Source: an uncultured Pseudomonadales bacterium (GTDB taxonomy: Bacteria; Pseudomonadota; Gammaproteobacteria; Pseudomonadales; UBA7434). From it: DNA of 64,000 nt. The translations under genes and the position numbers were made by a program. The stretch covers positions 213,343 through 277,342 of the forward strand of contig CALSRU010000005.1 of the NCBI GenBank assembly GCA_943788835.1. Direction: 5' to 3'. A model generated the notes under the pieces. It made no database searches, was not told the DNA's origin, and worked only from the letters and a program-made list of their open reading frames with translations. Numbering within the stretch: the stretch's first letter is position 1; each line of letters opens with the position of its first letter. Positions 49,069-58,271 of the stretch are shown piece after piece.

Positions 49069-51144
49069 TTACGATTCAGCATAGGCTATTGGAAGCTTAA
49101 TAGAGACACTGGTGCCAATATTAACCTCGCTGGTAACCAAAATGGCACCGCCCATGGCCTGTATGAATTCTCGAACTTGGTAGGCACCAATACCCATGCC
49201 CATACTGGACTTGGTTGATTCGAAGGGCTTAAACAGTCGGTTGGTTAAAAATTCTTCATCCATCCCGCTACCGTTGTCTTCCACCTCTATTTTTATGAAT
49301 TTGTCTTCATGCCGCACGTTGATATCAATGAAGCCATTATTAGCTGTGGCATCCTGAGAATTGCGAATGATATGCATTAAAATCATGACTAGCTGGTCTT
49401 GATCGGCCACTACAAATCCATCATCAGACTCGCTGCGCAAAGTGGGCAGGGGCTGGCGGTCCGAGCTTTTACGAATAGCTTCAAGCAATAGCGATTTGAT
49501 GGATACTGAGCGATGCGCTGGCTGATGTGTATTGCGTTGCAAGCGTTTTAATAATTGACTCATGCGGTTGACCGAGTTTTCAATAGTACGTATTGCATCT
49601 TCAACAAACGCGGGGTTTTCTTTGTGTTTTTTTGCGTTCTCAACTACCAAAGCTTGTTGTGCAATAAGGTTTTTTAAATCGTGCATGATAAATGCGGTGA
49701 GTTTATTGTAGGTATCAAATTGTTTTGATTCCGCCAATTGCTCAGCCGATTGCTGTCGCACAATGTAACCGGCCAGTTGTTTTCCGGCGCTTTTTATAAC
49801 GTCGATATCTTCCCAAATTAGAGGCTCGTTTTGTTCTTTTTTGGTCAGAAGAAAAAAACCAACCAGCTTTTGACCGATCATCAATGGAGCAATAATCCAG
49901 ATGTGGGGTATAGCATTAATGTCATCCGGAATTTTTTTAAGATGACGATCGTGATCTTTTTTTCCTGAACTCGTTAGTGCATATATCCAATCTTCTTTTT
50001 CTAACGGCTCAATAAAAGCATCGCTAGCTGTGAATTTTTTGTTCGTCACGCTATCGATATTCCAATTGCTTACCAAATCATATTCACCACGAGAGTTTTT
50101 GAGCCACATGGCGCCGCCGTGTGCATTGAATACATTACCGACCGATTCTAAGCCAAGTCGGAAAAATTCACTGTCGTTAGATATGCTGGATAATGTTTGG
50201 ATTAAGTTAAGCCAGACACTGCGATAATCATACTTATGTCGAAAAAAATGTTTATTGACAGACACGCGGATGTTGTCGCGGACTTGGTTGGACATGATGA
50301 GCGAGTAAATTGTGGCAAGTCCTAGTCCTATCAGTCCAATTTGAGCGGCTGTGCCCCAGCGTACCTCAGCCTGGTTAATGAAGAGTCCAACAATAATGAA
50401 AAAGGTGACTAAAACAATAATCGGCAGTGCAACTGAACCAAATATAACGACCTTGCGTGATAAAAATATGGCTTGAGCCGGAGGGTGTCTGATACTGCCT
50501 GCTAAAAAAAGTAGGGCAATGGTTACATCGATAAAGCTATGAAAGTAAGTCAAGAGATGCAGCTCAGTGACCATGGTTAATATGCTGGGGAGATACAAGG
50601 TGTGCACAGCAAGAAACATCAAAGAGCCAATCAGCAGTAATCGACATTCATGCTGAAATTGTTTGTGGCGCAACCGCAAAGCATAAACATTGAGCGCGGC
50701 AACAAGTATGAGTGGTGTGTAGGCACTGTAGCGCACTACTTGCGGGTCGATATTGAATTGGTTGGTGATGCTGGCTTGGCTGCCGGCCAGTAGTCCAAAA
50801 GCTGCACCAGCCAAAATACCTATAGCCCCAAGACGCAGCCAGCCTGATGCTGGGCGCTGTCTACCTTGCGCAACGATCTTCAACAAAGCCGCTACCCAAA
50901 GTGAGTTGCTGAGAAAGAACATCACGCCATAAAAAGATTGAGATATCACTTTCAATACTGCAGCAGCGGTAGCTATTTGCATGAGCAAGGCTGAAAAACA
51001 CAGCAGCTGCAGCCCTGCATTGGTGGGTACGGGTGATTTTTTGTTGCGCAAAATCGCGATGCTAGCAATAAGTAAAATGCTCGCAGCTAGATGACTGGCA
51101 AAATCAATGGCGAAAAACGGGTTGGTTGGCATGGGCGCGTTCAT
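49069..51144 (-). CDS. prsK: PEP-CTERM-system sensor histidine kinase
   Basis: 691 aa with about 10 N-terminal TM helices and a GAF-like middle. The HisKA H-box is FIMHDLKNL. The HATPase motifs are DNGSGM and GMGIGAYQV. It lies adjacent to prsR. Confidence 0.85.
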   Translation of the reverse strand: MNAPMPTNPFFAIDFASHLAASILLIASIAILRNKKSPVPTNAGLQLLCFSALLMQIATAAAVLKVISQSFYGVMFFLSNSLWVAALLKIVAQGRQRPASGWLRLGAIGILAGAAFGLLAGSQASITNQFNIDPQVVRYSAYTPLILVAALNVYALRLRHKQFQHECRLLLIGSLMFLAVHTLYLPSILTMVTELHLLTYFHSFIDVTIALLFLAGSIRHPPAQAIFLSRKVVIFGSVALPIIVLVTFFIIVGLFINQAEVRWGTAAQIGLIGLGLATIYSLIMSNQVRDNIRVSVNKHFFRHKYDYRSVWLNLIQTLSSISNDSEFFRLGLESVGNVFNAHGGAMWLKNSRGEYDLVSNWNIDSVTNKKFTASDAFIEPLEKEDWIYALTSSGKKDHDRHLKKIPDDINAIPHIWIIAPLMIGQKLVGFFLLTKKEQNEPLIWEDIDVIKSAGKQLAGYIVRQQSAEQLAESKQFDTYNKLTAFIMHDLKNLIAQQALVVENAKKHKENPAFVEDAIRTIENSVNRMSQLLKRLQRNTHQPAHRSVSIKSLLLEAIRKSSDRQPLPTLRSESDDGFVVADQDQLVMILMHIIRNSQDATANNGFIDINVRHEDKFIKIEVEDNGSGMDEEFLTNRLFKPFESTKSSMGMGIGAYQVREFIQAMGGAILVTSEVNIGTSVSIKLPIAYAES

Positions 51145-51257
51145 AACGTGGTTATCTAAGGCGCAGAGAAGGGCGGCGCAGACGTAAGATTAAAGTATAG
51201 ATCAATACTTAACTTTCGGTTAAGACATAAAGGTTGAGACTAGCTCCGAATTAGGCC

Positions 51258-53435
51258 TCACTTAGTGCTTTTGAGTGCGCTGACCATTTTGTGTAGCGAG
51301 CGATCAAATAGCGGCCCTGATTTCAGTAGTCGGGCTCGTTTGCGCTGCAGGTCAAAGGCAAATTCTTTACGCGGTTTTTCGATGGCCTTGAACCCCAGGC
51401 GGTTCACAAACACATAGGTGTCTGATCCTTCGAGCTTGGCGGCAAGTTTGCATCGAATAATGGTGCCGCTTGAGGGTACTTTAAATTCGAGCCAGCTCCC
51501 CACGGGTACTGCGTCGGCGCGCTCAATAAACTCATAGGTCAGTGCTTGGTGTTGCTTTTGTTGCCGCTCGAGAGCACTCATTTCTTTCCAATTTTTTTGC
51601 TCTGATAGGGTTTCGAGCGATACTTCTTTTTCGGCCTGAAATGGCTGTAGCTCGCTCACTTGCGTGAGATCTTGAGCTGCGCTGCTGACTGCGTCGATGG
51701 TTTGATCGATTTTTTCTGCCAGCGAATTGATCTGAGTGCTGTTGAGCGTGGTCTCTTTGAGCCCTTCGCGTAATTTAGTTATGAGGTTTTCACGGATGCG
51801 GTCCAGCCGTTGGCGCGATTTCTCGTCATCGTGAGGTTGCGAGCACCAAATAAGATCGTGCATCGTCTGCAAGTGAGAAAGCCAAGCAGGGCTTTCGTCA
51901 CCCTCTTTGATTTGAGCTCGATACAGCACTTGTTGCCAGAGGTTGACGATAAAGTCGGCCACTGATTTCGCCACGACTTTTCCGTCCATAGAATCCTGAA
52001 TGGCTTTTTGTGCTTTCATTTTGGCGATTTGCTTGCGCGCCTGCCCTTGGGCGCCTTCACTAGTGCGCTTTTCAACGAGCTCTGCTCGCTTATCAAGGTT
52101 TGCGCTATAGGTTTTCAGCTCTGCGGCGGCGTTGCCAAAAGCGATTTCTATGTTTTCAGATTCATTTTGAATGTTGTGTACCCACTGCTCCATTCTTTCA
52201 AGCAGCTCATGAGCGTTGGCGTCATTTTGGCCCAAACCAATACTGATGCGCGAAAGCTCATTGATAAAGTGCCGACAAGGATGCTCAGTATTAGTGAAGA
52301 AGCTTTTATCTTTTAAAGCGACTTTTAAAATGGGCATCTGTAAGCGGCCAATTAGCGCTTTGACATTGTCGGGTATATTGTGGTCATCGAGCACAAAGTC
52401 GAAAAACATAGCGACAAGATTGATGATGTCCTCATCAATTTTTGCAATGCCCAGCTTTTTATCGTCTGCCTGTTCACGGCTCAATAGCTGCCGCATGTAA
52501 TCGCGCAAATCAAAATTATTTTTTTCGGTGGTTTGGTTGTTTGTGCTCGATTGCAAAATCTTTAACAAGTCTGCACTCGATAAGGGCGTGCCGCTGCTAG
52601 CGGCTAACAGTGGCGTTCGCCCCAGTTGCAGCCCCTGATTTAGCTGCGCTGAGTCACGTAAGCGCTCAAGTAGCGAACTAAGGTCGGCGAGCGCAGGGCT
52701 GCTATACATATAGTGTTGTTCGCTATCGTCATTCAGCAGGCTTTGTTCGGCAGTCTCGGCAAAGTTGCTGTGGCTGCTGTTTGCTGCAGTTCCACGGCTC
52801 ACTTTTTGACGCTTTTGATCAATAAATTTTACGCCGAGTTCCTCGAGTAGTGTATTGGCGCTCACATATATTTCAGGAAGGCGATTAACCACAAAGCGTT
52901 CGAATTGCTTGAGCAAAATAATCTTGGGCTTGATTTCGATATGCACATTGTGTGACGTGGTTACAAATAGTTTGATAAGGGCGCCGGCATCCAGAGGGTT
53001 TTCTTCTTCCTTAAGATGAGTACTTGGCACCAAAGATTCTATGCGCGCATGAAATTCATACAGCGGGTTTTTAGACGCCGCGCGAGCTCGAGTGGTCATG
53101 CTTTTGACGGCCACATCCAGTTCTGCCTGATCTTCATCAACCAGCGCAAGATCTTCTACAGGAATGTCGTTTAACTTTTTTTGCTCGCCGTCAGGCTGCC
53201 CTAGCTTTGCAAAACTTTCATGCAAGCCTTTTTCAAAATCGGCGCGACATTCTTCGGTGCGTATACGGACTTCGCGCATCGATTCGAAATACAGGTTTTG
53301 TTCTAAATTACTCTGGGCGCGCGATGCGAGGTCGAAAAATAGATCATCGCAGCTTGCAAACATGTCATCCAGTAGACTTAGCAGTGTTGTGCTGGCTTGG
53401 GCTTCGAGGCGCGTAATCGCTGGTTTCATTGGCAC
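51258..53435 (-). CDS. DUF1631-family protein (large, function unknown)
   Basis: 725 aa, soluble. The N-terminus …LLDDMFASCDDLFFDLASRAQSNLEQNLYFESMREVR… and the overall length match my recollection of the gammaproteobacterial DUF1631 family. Not verified by search. Confidence 0.6.
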   Translation of the reverse strand: MPMKPAITRLEAQASTTLLSLLDDMFASCDDLFFDLASRAQSNLEQNLYFESMREVRIRTEECRADFEKGLHESFAKLGQPDGEQKKLNDIPVEDLALVDEDQAELDVAVKSMTTRARAASKNPLYEFHARIESLVPSTHLKEEENPLDAGALIKLFVTTSHNVHIEIKPKIILLKQFERFVVNRLPEIYVSANTLLEELGVKFIDQKRQKVSRGTAANSSHSNFAETAEQSLLNDDSEQHYMYSSPALADLSSLLERLRDSAQLNQGLQLGRTPLLAASSGTPLSSADLLKILQSSTNNQTTEKNNFDLRDYMRQLLSREQADDKKLGIAKIDEDIINLVAMFFDFVLDDHNIPDNVKALIGRLQMPILKVALKDKSFFTNTEHPCRHFINELSRISIGLGQNDANAHELLERMEQWVHNIQNESENIEIAFGNAAAELKTYSANLDKRAELVEKRTSEGAQGQARKQIAKMKAQKAIQDSMDGKVVAKSVADFIVNLWQQVLYRAQIKEGDESPAWLSHLQTMHDLIWCSQPHDDEKSRQRLDRIRENLITKLREGLKETTLNSTQINSLAEKIDQTIDAVSSAAQDLTQVSELQPFQAEKEVSLETLSEQKNWKEMSALERQQKQHQALTYEFIERADAVPVGSWLEFKVPSSGTIIRCKLAAKLEGSDTYVFVNRLGFKAIEKPRKEFAFDLQRKRARLLKSGPLFDRSLHKMVSALKSTK

Positions 53436-53671
53436 TTAAACTGTCATGAGATTAGGGGTGTTAGATGTACTTTGCCGCTGCGACGCTAGCTATCGTCAAC
53501 ACAATACAGATTTTTCTTAAACAAACGGCTGCTTAACGAGTCGGCGGAGGCTGTTTAGCAATAGTCGCCGAGGTTTGGACGCCATTATTATAATGGATAT
53601 TCGCACTTCTGTGCGTCCAAGCGCCGAGTTTGTAAAAGCTGATTTTTGAGCGTGGAGGCTGGTGAAGAGAG

Positions 53672-54190
53672 CTATGAGGTCGGAAATTGATCGGCTTGCA
53701 GGGTGATGGTCGCTGATGCAGGTGAAATTAAGCCGTTGGTGTCGACCGTGAAAATGTTGATTTGGTAGTTATCGGCAGGCAGGTCTTCAAGTATGTATGA
53801 ACTCTGCGCAGGCTCCAATAGCAGTGAGTCTTTAGGGGCTATGCGCAAGCGCCCTTTGGAGTCTTCGTAGGAGATTTGGTAGCCACTAATATCCGAAAAC
53901 GGTAGTTCACTTCCGTCGGTTCGCTCTAGTGGTGGCGCCCACGCTAAGCGAACATCAGCTGCCACGCGCGTTGGCGCCGTTGGTGTGACTTGATTGGCTT
54001 GGGTTTGGACCTGAGATTGCTGGTTGTTGAGTGCGGCGGCCGCATCGTCGGCTGGGCTGTTGTTGTTATTTATGTTGTCATTTGGGCGGCCATTGCCTCC
54101 GCCACTGCCACCACCACAGGCAGTGAGCCCTGTGGCAATTAAAATCAGCACAATGCTTTTTAGAGCTTGCAGTATGTTTACTTTCATCAA
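53672..54190 (-). CDS. small lipoprotein with a fibronectin-III-like C-terminal domain
   Basis: 172 aa with lipobox LTAC followed by a Gly/Asn/Gln-rich linker. The C-terminal ~90 aa (LAWAPPLERTDGSEL…GYQISY…YQINIFTVD) have an FN3-like pattern. Confidence 0.55.
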   Translation of the reverse strand: MMKVNILQALKSIVLILIATGLTACGGGSGGGNGRPNDNINNNNSPADDAAAALNNQQSQVQTQANQVTPTAPTRVAADVRLAWAPPLERTDGSELPFSDISGYQISYEDSKGRLRIAPKDSLLLEPAQSSYILEDLPADNYQINIFTVDTNGLISPASATITLQADQFPTS

Positions 54191-54412
54191 TTCGGTCTGT
54201 GTTGATCGTCGTGCGCAGAAAATGCGTTATTACATTGTGACTTGGCGTAATACGAGGTGGAAGGAAAAAGGTCAAAATAAGCTATTTTGACGGCACCTAA
54301 CGACCATAGACGGGGGGCGATTATAGGGTGCTGAGTGTGTTGCATGCAAGCGTTCTTGGCTGTGCGATGTTGTAAACTAGTTAGCTGTTTTATTTCGCTA
54401 ACTACCTACATT

Positions 54413-55387
54413 TTAGGATGCACGGGCGAGTACGTGTTCGCCCAGTTCTGCGAGCGCTGCTTTGTACGGTGAAGCGGGTAGCTCGTTAAGTGATTGGTTG
54501 GCGCGCTCAATGTTTTCGAGAGCTCGGTCGCGCGTGTACTGCATTGCTCCGGTGGCTTGAACAATTGAAATAACCGAAGAGATTCTATTTAAGTCTTTGT
54601 TTTTAATTATATTTTTTAGTTCTGAGTGGTGGGTGCTGTCTTGTTCATAGCTGACTTTTAGTGCTTGGATAAGGGGTAGAGTAAGTTTGCCTTCCGCCAA
54701 ATCATCACCGACATTTTTACCCAGTTGGGCCGGATCACCAGCATAATCCAGGTAATCGTCAATGAGTTGGAAGGCTAGTCCCAACGATTTACCAAAGGCG
54801 CGCATGTGGCGGGATATTTCAGGCGTTGCACCGGCTACAATGGCTGCCGCTTCGCAGGCCCCAGCAAATAGCTGCGCTGTTTTACGCTCAATAACCTCAA
54901 AATAGGCGGCCTCATTGAGGTCAATATTGCCTATTTCACTGAGTTGCTGTACCTCGCCTTCGGCAATTTTCACGGTCGTATCGCTCAGAACCTCCATAAC
55001 TGAGAGGTCGCCCACGGCCACCATTAACTGAAATGCGCGACTGTATACAAAATCACCAACCAGCACGCTTGATGCATTGCCCCAGTTGGCATTAGCCGTC
55101 GGTTTGCCGCGTCGTAGTGATGACATATCAACCACATCATCATGAAGCAGAGTGGCGGTATGCAAAAATTCAATAGCGGTTGCTAGTTTGGCTTGCTTGG
55201 CGTTGTCGGTATCGCCAAGAGCAGCGGCGACTAAAAGCGTGACGAGCGGACGAATGCGCTTGCCACCGCTGGTTATGAGGTATTGGCTAATATCTTCAAC
55301 TAAGTGGATATGAGAGTGCAGTTCGTTAAGTATGAGTTGGTTGACGGTTGAAAATTGCTTGTCAACAAGCGCATAAATCGATTGCAT
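54413..55387 (-). CDS. ispB: octaprenyl-diphosphate synthase
   Basis: 324 aa with the two Asp-rich motifs LLHDDVVDMSSLRRG and FQLIDDYLDY. Confidence 0.92.
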   Translation of the reverse strand: MQSIYALVDKQFSTVNQLILNELHSHIHLVEDISQYLITSGGKRIRPLVTLLVAAALGDTDNAKQAKLATAIEFLHTATLLHDDVVDMSSLRRGKPTANANWGNASSVLVGDFVYSRAFQLMVAVGDLSVMEVLSDTTVKIAEGEVQQLSEIGNIDLNEAAYFEVIERKTAQLFAGACEAAAIVAGATPEISRHMRAFGKSLGLAFQLIDDYLDYAGDPAQLGKNVGDDLAEGKLTLPLIQALKVSYEQDSTHHSELKNIIKNKDLNRISSVISIVQATGAMQYTRDRALENIERANQSLNELPASPYKAALAELGEHVLARAS

Positions 55388-55663
55388 GATATTGGATCCA
55401 ATAAAAATTGTTGCCGCTTACGATGCGACATGGCGGTGATTGTGGCGAATCGAGAGAGCTTTCACCCAGGGCCGGATTGCCTATGAGTTTAGATACGGTA
55501 TTGAATGCTGTGCGGCGCATCCTAGGCGGACAGGCAAAGAGAGTCAAACTTACGCACACTTTATGCTTGCATCAACCCTTGGATCACAGCTGATAGTTTC
55601 GGGTGCGAATTTCCCATAATTGACTCAATCAGCCCAACAAAAACCGCCGCTGTGTGTAAGTTA

Positions 55664-56152
55664 TTAGCGCAAATGGTCGAGCGGTAGTGCTGTTTTGGCC
55701 ACCACTTTGCGCAGCACAAAGCTAGAATGCACGCCGGTTACCCCTTTAATTTTGGTCAGCTTGCCCAGTAAAAAGGCTTCATAGTGTGCCATGTCTGGCA
55801 GCACGGCTTTCAGCAGGTAGTCAGCCGTTTGACCAGTCACAATGCTGCACTCAATCACTTCCGGCAGTTTGCTCACGGCGCTTTCAAAGCCCTCAAAGCG
55901 ATCGGGTGTGTGGCGGTCCATACTGATACTGATCATGGCGGTGAGGGCAAGCCCAAGAGCCTGCTCATCGAGTAGAGTGACATGGCCCTGAATGACACCG
56001 CTCTCCTCCAAGCGTTTGACTCGCCGCGCACAGGGCGTCGCCGACAGACCTACCGCATCGGCGAGTTCTAAATTGCTGGCTCGGGCGTTGCGCTGAAGGT
56101 GTTCAAGAATGCGTTTATCGGTTCGATCAAGGGTTATCTTGGTTGGTGGCAT
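55664..56152 (-). CDS. Lrp/AsnC-family transcriptional regulator
   Basis: About 162 aa from Met10 (the track ORF starts at 56179). The HTH is LDRTDKRILEHLQRNARASNLELADAVGLSATPCARRVKRLE, followed by a RAM/AsnC_trans_reg domain. It is divergent from leuA. Confidence 0.85.
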   Translation of the reverse strand: MPPTKITLDRTDKRILEHLQRNARASNLELADAVGLSATPCARRVKRLEESGVIQGHVTLLDEQALGLALTAMISISMDRHTPDRFEGFESAVSKLPEVIECSIVTGQTADYLLKAVLPDMAHYEAFLLGKLTKIKGVTGVHSSFVLRKVVAKTALPLDHLR

Positions 56153-56438
56153 TGCTCTACTCTGGTGGCTTGCTAGCATTTTTGGCCATCTATCATTAAT
56201 AGCAGCCGCTAGAGTGCAGTATATCTCTATAAATTAAATTATATGTAGTCAAATCGACTAAAATTACGCATTTTTTTAATTAATTCGCATCAATTCACTC
56301 GTTAGGAAAGACTATACTACGAGTAGAGTTAGTCTTAACTTTAAGAAGGCTAGAAAGGTGTAGCCTTAGCTGACCGTTGCGAGCCGGCTAGTAGGGCTTA
56401 TGATCATTGACCACATTGTTCCGCAGGCGCAAACATTT

Positions 56439-58142
56439 ATGACCAATTTTACGCACAAAAAATATCAACCACACTTGCCGATTAGCTTGAAAGATCGCAC
56501 TTGGCCCGATCAGGTTATCGAAAAGGCGCCGCTATGGTGCAGCGTGGATTTGCGTGATGGAAATCAGGCGTTGATTGAGCCCATGACCGTTCCGCAAAAA
56601 TTACGCTTGTTCGATTTGTTAGTTCGCGTTGGTTTTAAGCAAATTGAAGTGGGCTTTCCTGCAGCGTCACAAACTGATTACGATTTTGTGCGTGCTTTGA
56701 TTGAAGACGAATTGATTCCTGAGGATGTCACCATTCAGGTGCTAGTGCAGGCTCGCGAAGATCTAATTGTGCGTACATACGAATCGCTAGTTGGTGCGCA
56801 GCGCGCCATCGTGCACGTTTATAATTCAACATCGGTTGTGCAGCGCGAAAAAGTATTTCAGTTAGACAAGGAAGGCATTAAGGACATCGCGGTCAATGGT
56901 GCAAAATGGGTGCAGCAGTATGCCGATCAACAGCCAGGCACTGATTGGATATTTCAGTATTCACCAGAAAGCTTTACAGGAACTGAAATTGATTATGCTA
57001 TTGAAGTGTGTGATGCAGTGACCGAGGTGTGGCAGCCAACCCGCGATAATCCAGTCATCATTAATTTACCAGCCACAGTTGAGATGACTACGCCGAATGT
57101 TTATGCCGATCAAATTGAATATTTTGGTCGCCGTGTTATGCGCCGTGAAGCTATTGTTTTGAGTTTGCATACACACAATGATCGCGGTTGTGCTGTAGCT
57201 GCTGCAGAGCTTGCTGTGCAAGGTGGTGCTGATCGTGTTGAGGGTACATTGCTAGGTAATGGTGAGCGCACCGGTAACATGGACATAGTCACTATGGCTA
57301 TGAATCTTTACAGTCGCGGTGTGGATCCTGAGCTCGATTTTTCAAATATAGATGAAATTATCCAGGTGGTAAAAGCAGTTACGCACTTGCCAGTGCATCC
57401 GCGGCATCCCTATGCTGGTGAGCTGGTATTCACTGCTTTTTCAGGAAGCCATCAAGATGCTATTAAAAAATCTCTGGCCTTGCAAAAAAATGATGAGCCT
57501 TGGGATGTTGCCTATTTGCCCATTGATCCGGCTGACCTGGGTCGATCTTATCAAGAGGTGATTCGTATCAATAGTCAGTCGGGTAAGGGTGGCATAGCTT
57601 ATGTGTTAGAGCAGGCGCACGGTTTACATTTGCCGCGCTGGCTGCAAATTGACTTTAGTACGATGGTGCAGCGTCATGCCGAGGATTCTGAAAGTGAAGT
57701 GTCGCCTGCGCGTATTTGGGAAATATTTAAGCAAGAGTATATTGAGCAGAAAACGCCTCTGGCATTAAATTCCTTCAATATGAGGCATGCGAACAGTCGA
57801 GATCACTTAGATGCCGTGTTGTTGCATGATGGAAAAGAAGTGGCCGTTACCGCCGAAGGTGCAGGTGTGGTGGAATCATTTGTATCAGCTTTATCACAGC
57901 TTATTAATAATGAAATCGTATTGGTTGATTATTCTGAGCACGCTGTGACTAACAGCGCGACTTCCGATGCGGCTTGTTATGTGCAAATGAATATTCAGGG
58001 TCATCGTCTTTGTGGTGTAGGCTTGAGTACCGATATCGTTGCAGCGACATTGCAAGCCATACTCTCGGCGGTGAACACGTACTTGCGGGATCATCCCGTG
58101 GCCAGCTGGAGTGAGGTCTCGGCGGCTGGAGGTGCATCATAA
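56439..58142 (+). CDS. leuA: 2-isopropylmalate synthase (long, LeuA type 2)
   Basis: About 567 aa from the ATG at 56439. Motifs: WCSVDLRDGNQAL, LHTHNDRGCAVAAAELA and GTLLGNGERTGN, with a C-terminal LeuA regulatory domain. Confidence 0.93.
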   Translation: MTNFTHKKYQPHLPISLKDRTWPDQVIEKAPLWCSVDLRDGNQALIEPMTVPQKLRLFDLLVRVGFKQIEVGFPAASQTDYDFVRALIEDELIPEDVTIQVLVQAREDLIVRTYESLVGAQRAIVHVYNSTSVVQREKVFQLDKEGIKDIAVNGAKWVQQYADQQPGTDWIFQYSPESFTGTEIDYAIEVCDAVTEVWQPTRDNPVIINLPATVEMTTPNVYADQIEYFGRRVMRREAIVLSLHTHNDRGCAVAAAELAVQGGADRVEGTLLGNGERTGNMDIVTMAMNLYSRGVDPELDFSNIDEIIQVVKAVTHLPVHPRHPYAGELVFTAFSGSHQDAIKKSLALQKNDEPWDVAYLPIDPADLGRSYQEVIRINSQSGKGGIAYVLEQAHGLHLPRWLQIDFSTMVQRHAEDSESEVSPARIWEIFKQEYIEQKTPLALNSFNMRHANSRDHLDAVLLHDGKEVAVTAEGAGVVESFVSALSQLINNEIVLVDYSEHAVTNSATSDAACYVQMNIQGHRLCGVGLSTDIVAATLQAILSAVNTYLRDHPVASWSEVSAAGGAS

Positions 58143-58271
58143 ATAGCGCTTGGCTTGCGATTGGTTTTTGGCATTTTCCTCAAGGCTGATTTATTCGTGA
58201 TAGTTCACTAAGTTGCCCTTCAAGAGGTATCTTGGTTGGCCTGTGGCGCTTCGCTGTGCTTTAATCGCCCG

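Noticed and set aside
2222-55387. The idea that everything between rplU and ispB (neighbours in E. coli and pseudomonads) is a ~51-kb insertion or genomic island.
   Set aside because: ispB is on the same strand as rplU, not divergent, so a simple insertion does not recreate the ancestral arrangement. The interval contains core genes (rpsT, moaB-moeA, fabAB, pgi). No integrase, tRNA or flanking direct repeats were seen. Ordinary rearrangement is more likely.
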